Shown: positions 1-7,782, counted from the first letter of the stretch. The stretch is DNA of 14,596 nucleotides from Octopus sinensis (GCF_006345805.1 NW_021825836.1:1-14596); one strand, 5' to 3'. Program-made: numbers and translations. Notes: a model not told the origin generated them from the sequence alone.

Positions 1-183
1 AAACACTTAAAAAACTTCATACTGGTAGAATGTGTCAAAATAAAACATTTTTTTCTCTTGGCTTTCTTGAGAAAATTGTAATTTGTTTGTTTAACGTAGT
101 TTAATTTTTCGAATTTTAACCAATCCTATGCTCTCTTTTGAGCTAAAATCATTTGCTGCGTCTAAAACTGAGACAACCTCCTG
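1..183 (-). mobile_element. Terminal arm of a TIR/foldback-type DNA element (inverted copy of 194-~380), continuing beyond the window start
   Basis: The reverse complement of 1-183 aligns to 194 onward and to the 240-bp repeat unit (revcomp of 1-60 matches ~575-630). It ends ...TCCTG|TA at 183-185. Confidence 0.6.
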
Positions 184-234
184 TAATTAGTTACAGGATG
201 TTGTCTCAGTTTTAGACGCAGCAAATGATTTTAG
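143..234. repeat. Near-perfect 92-bp palindrome (44-bp arms, 1 mismatch, TTAG loop)
   Basis: 143-177 is the exact revcomp of 200-234 and 179-186 of 191-198, with the loop at 187-190. Imperfect pairing continues outward to the window edge. Confidence 0.97.
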
Positions 235-1320
235 TTCAATGGAGGTAATAGATTGGTTAAAATTGCCGAAATGCTCGGATTTTCAGACGAAATATCTTAC
301 AAACTATAGAATTTTCTCAATAAAACCAAGAGTAAAACATGTTTTATAAACACATTCTACCAGTATACGGAGTTTAAAATTTTTTAGTTAGGTGGAAATT
401 ATTTAAAAAAACTGCACTTCAAACCGAAAAGATCCGTTTCTTAAACGAGGGACATATTCATATGGCACAGAATGTTTTCACCTCAATAGACGTCATTGAT
501 TGGTTGAAATTGCAGAAATTGAAGAAAAAAAAAACAACAAATATCTTACAAACTATAGAATTTTCTCAATAAAACCAAGAGAAAATGATGTTTTATAAAC
601 ACATTCTACCAGTATACGAAGTTTAAAAGTGTTTAGTTACGTGAAATTATGTTAAAAACTGCCGGTCAACGAAAAGATCCGTTTCTTTAAACGAGGAACA
701 TATTCATATGGCACAGAATGTTTTCCCTCAATAGACGTTTGATTGGTTGAAATTGCAGAAATTGAAGAAAAAAAAAACAACAAATATCTTACAAACCATA
801 GAATTTTCTCAATAAAACCAAGAGAAAATGATGTTTTATAAACACATTCTACCAGTATACGGAAGTTAAAAATTTTTTAGTTAGGTGGAAATTATTAAAA
901 AAAATGCACTTCAAACCGAAAAGTCCGTTTCTTAAAGAGGGACATATTCATATGCACAGATGTTCACCTCAATAGACGTCATTGATTGGTTGAAATGCAG
1001 AAAGAGAAAAAAAAAACAACAAAATATCTTGCAACTATAGAATTTTCTCAATAAAACCAAGAGAAAATGATGTTTTTTATAAACACATTCTACAGTTATG
1101 ATGTTTAAAAGTGTTTAGTTATGTGGAAATTATTTTAAAAAACTGCCGTTTAACCGAAAAGATCCCAAATATTTACAACTATAGAATTTTCTCAATAAAG
1201 CCAAGAGAAAAAGATGTTTTAGAAACACATTCTACCAGTATACGAGTTAAAACTTTTTGGTTACCTAGAAATTATGTTAAAAATGCCGTTCAAAAGGAAA
1301 AGATCCCAAATAAATTCTGG
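194..1320 (+). mobile_element. TIR/foldback-type DNA element arm with an internal ~240-bp tandem array (about 4.5 units)
   Basis: Starts TA|CAGGATG. The anchor TTTTCTCAATA recurs at 312, 561, 804, 1043 and 1187 (periods 249, 243, 239, 144). The far terminus is not seen. Confidence 0.7.
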
Positions 1321-1323
1321 GTT

Positions 1324-1406
1324 TGATTTATTCGACTAAAAATTCTTCAAGCCAGTGCCCCAGCGTAGCCGCTGTCTAATGACTGGAACAAGTAAAAGGT
1401 AAAAGA
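1324..1406 (+). mobile_element. Diverged SINE-A 3' tail fragment
   Basis: Matches the TCGACTAAA...GTGCCCCAGC...AATGACTGGAACAAGTAAAAG tail of the other copies in the window. Confidence 0.75.
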
Positions 1407-1419
1407 TATGAAAATGTGC

Positions 1420-1462
1420 TGTGTGTGTGTGTGTGTGGTGTGTGAGAGTGAGTGAGTGAGTG
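1420..1462. repeat. (TG)n/(GAGT)n microsatellite
   Basis: Direct reading. Confidence 0.9.
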
Positions 1463-1479
1463 GAGAGCGTTTATACCTA

Positions 1480-1665
1480 CCCTACTGCTTGATAACCAGT
1501 ATTGGTGTGTTTACGTCCTCGTGACTTAGCGGTTAGGCAAAAGAGAACTATAGGATAAGTACCGGACTTAAGAAAAGTAAAGGTGGTGCCCCAGCATGGC
1601 CGGGGTTTAATGACTGAAACAAGTAAAAAAAAAAAAGAACAAAAAACAAACAAACAAACAAAAGC
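1480..1665 (+). mobile_element. Diverged SINE-A 3' module with A-rich/(AAAC)n tail
   Basis: GGTGTGTTTACGTCC...TTAGCGGTT...CCAGCATGGCC...AATGACTGAAACAAGTAAAA followed by an A/AAAC run. Confidence 0.8.
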
Positions 1666-1680
1666 AAGAATCAACAGTTA

Positions 1681-1872
1681 GGCGCAGGAGTGGCTGTGTG
1701 GTAAGTAGCTTGCTTACCAACCACATGGTTCCGGGTTCAGTCCCACTGCGTGGCATCTTGGGCAATGTCTTGCTATAGCCCCGGGCCGACCAAGCCTTGT
1801 GAGTGGATTGGTAGACGGAAACTGAAAGAAGCTCGTCGTATATAATATTATATATATATGTATGTATGTATG

Positions 1873-1904
<32 letters not shown>

Positions 1905-2283
1905 TGTATGTATGTATGTATATGTATATGTATGTATGTATATGTATATGTATGTATGTATATATGTATATGTATGTGTATGTATGTATGTATGTGTATG
2001 TATGTATGTATGTGTATATATATATGTATTATGTATGTGTATATATATATGTATGTATGTATGTGTATATGTATGTATGTGTGGCTGAATTCGTACCCCC
2101 AACATCGCTCGACAACCGATGCTGGTGTGTTTACGTCTTCGTAACATTATCGGTTCGGCAAAAAGAAACCGATAGAATAAGTACTAAGGCTTGCAATGAA
2201 AAAGCCCTGGGGGTCGATTTGCTCGACTAAAAGGCAGTGCTCCAGCATGGCCGCAGTCAAATGACTGAAACAAGTAAAAAGAG
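1681..2283 (+). mobile_element. Full-length tRNA-derived SINE-A (head + internal microsatellite + 3' module) with 10-bp TSD
   Basis: A-box-like TGGCTGTGTGG and B-box-like GGTTCAGTCCC in the head. TCAACAGTTA lies at both 1671-1680 and 2284-2293. Confidence 0.92.
1839..2082. repeat. (TA)n/(TATG)n compound microsatellite inside SINE-A
   Basis: Direct reading. It is the source of the MYVC/HTYI pseudo-ORFs. Confidence 0.97.
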
Positions 2284-2518
2284 TCAACAGTTACCCAAAA
2301 ATTCTTCAGTGTTTTTTCACACGAATAACTAATTCATCCACCATTTGACCCGTATTGGCTATCCGCTTCTCACATATGTTAGTAGATAAATAACTGGTAT
2401 AGCCTGCATCTTTGTTGGTATGTAATTTGATGTGCTAGGAATTTATGTTATTTAGCAGTAAATCAAAAGCTTTATTAGTAGTTGTCATAAAAAAAAAACT
2501 TGACAAAAGGCGGCGGCG

Positions 2519-2885
2519 GCGGCGAGCTGGCAGAATCGTTAGCGCGCGTAGGGCGAAATGCTTAGCGGTGTTTCGTCTGTCTTTACGTTCTGAGTTCAAA
2601 ATTCCGCCGAGGTCGACTTTGCCTTTCATCCTTTCGGGGTCGATTAAATAAGTACTAGTTACGCACTGGGGTCGATATAATCGACTTAATCCATTTGTCT
2701 GTCCTTGTTTGTCCCCTCTGTGTTTAGCCCCTTGTGGGTAGTAAAGAAATAGGTATTTCGTCTGTCTTTACGTTCTGAGTTCAAAATTCCGCCGAGGTCG
2801 ACTTTGCCTTTCATCCTTTCGGGGTCGATTAAATAAGTACTAGTTACGCACTGGGGTCGATGTAATCGACTTAATCCGTTTGTCT
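2519..2885 (+). mobile_element. tRNA-derived SINE-C with a tandem partial duplication
   Basis: GGCGG...CCGCC acceptor-like ends and B-box GAGTTCAAAATTCC. 2567-2700 is repeated at 2752-2885. An antisense copy lies at 12811-13033. Confidence 0.85.
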
Positions 2886-2970
2886 GAAACTGAAAGAAGC
2901 CTATTGTGTATTGTATATGTTGGGGAGACACACACACACACACACACATATAAAAGCAAGCTACACATAC

Positions 2971-3004
2971 AAGCAAGCTACTTACCCACAGCCACTCCTG
3001 CGCC
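2971..3004 (-). mobile_element. SINE-A head fragment
   Basis: Revcomp of GGCGCAGGAGTGGCTGTGGGTAAGTAGCTTGCTT. Confidence 0.85.
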
Positions 3005-3076
3005 TATATTTATATATCATATATATATATAATATATATATAAATTATATATATGTGTGTGTGTGTGTGTGTGTAT

Positions 3077-3245
3077 ACGACAGGCTTCTTTGAGTTCCGT
3101 CGACCAAATTCACTCACAAGGCTTTGGTTGGCCCGAGGCTATAGTAGAAGACGAGATACTTGTCCAAGGTGCCACGCAGTGGGACTGAACCCGTGAACCA
3201 TGTGGTTTGTAAGCATGCTACTTACCACACAGCCACTCCTACGCC
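3077..3245 (-). mobile_element. SINE-A 5' module
   Basis: Revcomp matches 1681-1838. Confidence 0.9.
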
Positions 3246-3263
3246 TATATATATATATATATA

Positions 3264-3323
3264 TTGATTGATTGATTGATTGATTCTAGTTTCAGCTCAC
3301 GAGCTGTGGCCATGCTGGGGCAC
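3264..3323 (-). mobile_element. Variant SINE 3' tail ending in (AATC)n
   Basis: Minus strand reads GTGCCCCAGCATGGCCACAGCTCGTGAGCTGAAACTAG(AATC)n, homologous to the SINE-A tail. Confidence 0.7.
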
Positions 3324-3325
3324 AC

Positions 3326-3370
<45 letters not shown>

Positions 3371-3530
3371 ACGGGCTTCTTTCAGTTTCCGTCGACCAAA
3401 TCCACTCACAAGACTTTGGTCGTCCCGAGGCTATAGTAGAAGACACTTGTCCAAGGTGCCACGCAGTGGGACTGAACCCGTGAACCATGTGGTTGGTAAG
3501 CAAACTACTTACCACACAACCACACAGCCA
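3371..3530 (-). mobile_element. SINE-A 5' module
   Basis: Revcomp matches 1681-1838 and it is nearly identical to 3077-3245. Confidence 0.9.
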
Positions 3531-3908
3531 CTTCTGCACAAATGTGGTGACTTTCTTAAAAAAAAATATCTCCACACTGTCTATTGGCATTCATTGAATT
3601 TTCAAATTCCATCTCGTTTCATTGAATCTATTCCCATTGTGAATTGCGTCTACGAAGAGCAGCTGGAAAAGAAAAAAGCAAAGAGTAAAACGTAACAAAA
3701 AACTCTCTCCACAATTAACAGAGATCTGGTGTGTTTCAAATGTCGGAGATGTAATATACTGTAGCTTCTCAATTACATTTGATGGAATTACTTTATATTA
3801 ATGTGTGTACGTGTATGTTGTGTGTGTGTGTGTGTGTGTGTCAGTAGGTGTAGTTATTGAAGAAGAGCGTCGTGTCGCAGGTTTCTCTGATAATGTAGGT
3901 TCAGCATC

Positions 3909-4260
3909 TTTTTACTCTTTTTACTTGTTTCAGTCATTTGACTGCGGCCATGCTGGTGCACCGCCTTTAATCGAGCAACTCGACCCCGGGGACTTATTCT
4001 TTTTTGTAAGCCCAGTACTTATTCTATCGGTCTCTTTTGCCGAACCGCTAAGTGACGGGGACATAAACACACCGGCATCGGTAGTCAAGAAATGTTAGGG
4101 GGACAAATACAGACACACAAACAAACACATATATACATATATACGACAGGCTTCTTTCAGTTTCCGTCTACCAAATCCACTCACAAGGCTTTGGTCGGCC
4201 CGAGGCTATAGTAGAAAACACTTGTCCAAGGTGCCACGCAGCGGGACTGAACCCGGAACC
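3909..4260 (-). mobile_element. SINE-A, head truncated
   Basis: 3' module at 3909-4100, short microsatellite, then the 5' module 4143-4260, all antisense. Confidence 0.9.
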
Positions 4261-4376
4261 TGGGCAAGTGTCTTCTACTATAGCCTCGGGCCGACCAAGC
4301 CTTGTGAGTGGATTTGGTAGGCGGACACTGAAAGAAGCCCGTCGTATATACGTATACATACGTGTATATGTATGTA

Positions 4377-4431
<55 letters not shown>

Positions 4432-4720
4432 ATATATATATACAGCATCTATACATACTATACATACATAATATAGAAGCCGTTGTGTATATGTGTATGT
4501 ATATATATATGTGTGTGTTTGTGTTTGTCCCCACCCAGCATCGCTTGACAAACGATGCTGGTGTGTTTACGTCCCCGTAACATTAGCGGTTCGTCAAAAA
4601 GAAACCGATAGAATAAGTACTAGGCTTACGAAGAATAAGTCCTGGAGTCGATTTGCTCGACTAAAGGCGGTGCTCCAGCATGGCCGCAGTCAAATGACTG
4701 AAACAAGTAAATGAGTAAAG
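4261..4720 (+). mobile_element. SINE-A, head truncated, inverted against 3909-4260
   Basis: Begins mid 5' module at TGGGCAAGTGTC, (TA)n tract ~4345-4520, then a complete 3' module. Confidence 0.9.
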
Positions 4721-4801
4721 GGTAAGAATATATATATATATAAGTCCTGGAGTCGATTTGCTCGGCTAAAGGCGATATATATATATATATACATATATAC
4801 T

Positions 4802-4962
4802 ACGGGCTTCTTTCAGTTTCCGTCTACCAAATCCACTCACTGGGATTTAGTCGGGTCGAGGCTGTAGTAGAAAACATTTGCCCATGGTGCTACGCAGTGG
4901 GACTGAACCCGGAACCATGTGGTTGGTAAGCAAGCTACTTACCACACAGCCACTCCTGCGCC
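4802..4962 (-). mobile_element. SINE-A 5' module
   Basis: Revcomp of the GGCGCAGGAGTGGCTGTGTGG head and body. Confidence 0.9.
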
Positions 4963-4980
4963 TATAGTTGCATAGTAAAC

Positions 4981-5210
4981 AGAGACCGATAGAATAAGTA
5001 CTAGGCTTACAAAGAATAAGCCCTGGGGTCGATTTGCTCGACTAAAGGCGGTGCTCCAGCATGGCCACAGTCAAATGACTGAAACAAGTAAAAGAGACTG
5101 ATAGAATAAGTACTGGGCTTACAAAGAATAAGTCCTGGGGTCGATTTGCTCGACTAAAAGGCGGTGCTCCAGCATGGCCACAGTCAAATGACTGAAACAA
5201 GTAAGAGAGT
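4981..5210 (+). mobile_element. Tandem pair of SINE-A 3' ends (112-bp period)
   Basis: AGAGACCGATAG at 4981 and AGAGACTGATAG at 5093 each run to the tail. Confidence 0.9.
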
Positions 5211-5526
5211 ATAAGCCAATAATCCAATTTTATCCGCATTTTAGCATTCCGATAACAGAAAATTATGAAAAACAATATAAAGAAAATAAATTATCTACAA
5301 TCAAAATTCATTATGATTTGTTCAAAGACAGAATATTGACCAAGCGCAGAAGTGGGATAAACTCCAATAAATTAAACAACTTACAGAATAAAAGAAATTG
5401 AAGATCGATAAATTCTAATCTTGAGATTTGGTTAATTATTGTTTACAATTGTTTACAACGTTAACAATTGATATCTACAAATCTAAATATTTAATTCATC
5501 GATAATAAAGATATAGTTTTAAGAAA

Positions 5527-5601
5527 ATGGCAGCCGGCGGGGAAGAAATCTACGTTTATTCTTGGAGCAGTTTGTGGAAGCATTTTGTTGGTTAGCCTTC
5601 G
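5527..5601 (+). other. Candidate first coding exon (signal-anchor-like N-terminus), requiring a 1-nt indel in GGGG 5539-5542
   Basis: AAGAAA-ATG-G start. Removing one G gives MAAGGKKSTFILGAVCGSILLVSL(R), followed by CG|GTATGT at 5602. As written, the ATG frame stops after 22 aa. Confidence 0.3.
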
Positions 5602-5653
5602 GTATGTATATATATATATATATATATATTACATATATATAATATATATATAA

Positions 5654-5824
5654 TAGGGTGTGTGTAGGTCCAGGGTTGAGTCGGGGTAACCACAGTAAAT
5701 AAGGTACTCATACATAGCAGAGTAAATTTATTTATTTACAGAAGGAGCTTCTACAGGACTAGAACTGTTCATGATTTCATTTGAATGAAACAGTTCTAGT
5801 CCTGTAGAAGCTCCTTCTATAAAT

Positions 5825-5826
<2 letters not shown>
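5654..5826. mobile_element. Hairpin-forming repeat relic, possibly a Penelope-like pLTR with an inverted partial copy
   Basis: 30-bp perfect inverted repeat 5740-5769/5789-5818. The right arm carries a hammerhead-like GAAACAG...CTGTA. The Penelope assignment is inference. Confidence 0.45.
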
Positions 5827-5867
<41 letters not shown>

Positions 5868-5868
5868 A

Positions 5869-6335
5869 GGTGTAGGAGTGGCTGTGTGGTAAGTAGATTG
5901 CTTACAACTACATGGTTCCCGGGTTCAGTCCTACTACGTGGCACCTTGGGCAAGTGTCTTCTACTAAAGTTTCGGGCGACCCAAAGCCTTGTGAATGGAT
6001 TGGTAGATGGAAACTGAAAGAAGCTTGTCGTATATATATATATTATATATCTATATATACATATGTATGTGTGTGTGTGGGTGTGTGTGTGTGTGTGTAT
6101 GTATATATATGTATATATATAGATAGATATAGATATGTGTGTGTGTGTTTGCGCCCCAACACCGATGCTGGTGTGTTTTCGTCCCCGTCCCCGTAATTTA
6201 GCTGTTCGGCAAAAGAGACCGGTAGAATAAGTACTAGGATTAGAAAGAATAAGTCATGGGGTCGATTTGTTCGACTAAAGGCGGTGCTCCAGCATGGCCA
6301 CAGTCAAATGACTGAAACAAGTAAAAGAGTAAAAG
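5869..6335 (+). mobile_element. Full-length SINE-A inserted in (TA)n
   Basis: Head GGTGTAGGAGTGGCTGTGTGG, microsatellite ~6030-6148, 3' module ending GTAAAAGAGTAAAAG. Confidence 0.92.
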
Positions 6336-6370
6336 CGTATATCTATATCTATCTATATATATATATGATA

Positions 6371-6766
6371 ACTAGAAAAGTACTCGGACAGCGCAGACCT
6401 CCGCCAAGCAGCTCATTTTAAGATACATACACGAGTAAAATTACTAATAAAGAAACGAAAATAAACTTTGGAAACAGCAACGCCACCATAGGTTACGTGG
6501 AAATGATGAACGTGTTTTCAAGGGAGATTATCAAAGAATGTAACATTGTAATACTTCATGTAAAGTAAATATAACAAATGAAAAATCCTTCAAGAATCCA
6601 TAAAAATTCCCGGATCACTACCGAAATTTCATTATCCGTTTTGTGTCATTACCAACTTTTACTGCAAGTTTCATCAAATACCGTTCACAACTTTTTGAGT
6701 TATTTTGCACACAGACGGACAACCGAACGCCGATGAAAACATAACCGCCTTCCTTGGCGGAAAGTA
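6371..6766 (-). mobile_element. Non-autonomous Helentron/DINE-1-like (HINE-type) element
   Basis: Subterminal inverted repeats ACCTCCGCCAAG (6397-6408) and CTTGGCGGA (6753-6761), 5' hairpin CCGCC-TTCCTT-GGCGG (6745-6760), GTCY-like TTGTCCGTCTGT on the minus strand, and minus-strand end ...TTTTCTAGT. Confidence 0.7.
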
Positions 6767-6790
6767 ATAATAATAATAATAATAATAATA

Positions 6791-6915
6791 ATGCCAGGAA
6801 ACCCCCAAAATAGCAGAAATTCAAAAGACAATGCTCATGGGAACTGCGCATATCCTACGTAAAATACTTTCTATGTAATCTCAAATTTTAAAACAAACAC
6901 ATAATTTTCGTATGG
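6791..6915 (+). repeat. Orphan copy of the Helitron subterminal segment 8730-8853
   Basis: ATGCCAGGAAACCCC...CATAATTTTC(G/T)TATGG aligns end to end with 8730-8853 with few mismatches. Confidence 0.92.
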
Positions 6916-7093
6916 TTTCTTAAACATTCTCTAGAACAACGCTATGTACAAAACCAAATATATGACACCCTAGACATAACACCAACATGAACTTCCAACT
7001 TGTTGTCTCTTGAGGTCTCTGGGTGAGACTTGGAGCCAACTTGTACAAATGCAAAGCAAAAGTCAAACAAAATAATAATAAAATAATAATAAA

Positions 7094-7649
7094 TGCCCTG
7101 ATGCAGTACCAGGCAGTGGCTCTCGTGGCTTCTGATCTTAACTGATTGGAAGTGTTATCATGTACATGTTTTGTCTTGGTATAAAAGATGGGTTTTACAG
7201 CAAATATTCTGCTCAATACCACAGATTTGCTTGTCAGTTGTTTGACCGTAACCAGTTGAGCATGTCCCTTAGTGGCTGACGATATATGCATCTCTGATCA
7301 CGAGCAGAAGTAGTGGGGGAGCATCATAGCCATGTGTTGAGAGGGATTCTTTGGGGATTGAATAATTCACCTCTGGAAACATGGGTGTTTCGTTCAACGT
7401 CCTTAAACAACCCTTATTCAGGGACCGCTTGAGCGGGATGGGTTACTCGACCAGAAGAAAATTCTAACTGGGCCCCACCTGCAAGGTCATGTGCTGTTTA
7501 TCTTGATATGAGATCACCATGTCGCGCACATATGGTTGTGATGCATGTGCCTGGTGTACCCTTATCAGACGGGCAGTCATGATGGGTATACTGGGCTTCG
7601 GATATTTTACCCCAGTGTCACTTTGATGGCATGAACTGCTATCTCACTC
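7094..7649 (+). repeat. Unclassified GC-richer interspersed repeat flanked by (AAT)n, possibly a retroposon 3' region
   Basis: Compositionally distinct block bounded by AAT runs (7071-7090 and 7650-7679). I recall it as a common octopus repeat, but it is single-copy in this window. Confidence 0.4.
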
Positions 7650-7782
7650 AATAATAATAATAATAATAATAATAATAATCGATGAAGGGAATGCCAAATC
7701 GATTTCCCGTTTCTTTCATCGATTATTTGCAACAGTCTCTCAATCCCGTTCGCCTCTATTTTCGTTAACGATAATTTAATAA

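Noticed and set aside
1681-1750. tRNA genes (also the heads at 2519, 10333, 11269 and 13288)
   Set aside because: A/B boxes are present but no complete cloverleaf, and each continues into a repeated SINE body.
1848-2230. ORFs rich in MYVC/HTYI (also 2911-3093, 4168-4551, 10542-10981, 12835-13412, 14268-14478)
   Set aside because: They are translations of TA/TG/TATG/TCTA/CA repeats that lack stops in several frames, with no coding signature.
2435-2976. Recurrent ORFs containing MKGKVDLGGILNSE (also near 12835-13281)
   Set aside because: Antisense reading of SINE-C. They recur only because the SINE recurs.
3792-3908. Minus-strand protein-like stretch DAEPTLSEKPATRRSSSITTPTD as an exon spliced to 3662
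   Set aside because: The frame runs into (CA)n and a TAA at 3800-3798 before the best donor (3791). The alternative donor at 3810 gives a stop four codons into the next exon.
7095-7115. CCCTGATGCAG as a hammerhead core (also CTGATGTATGAAAACGTC near 11805)
   Set aside because: Neither has a complete CTGANGA plus stem II and stem I pairing.
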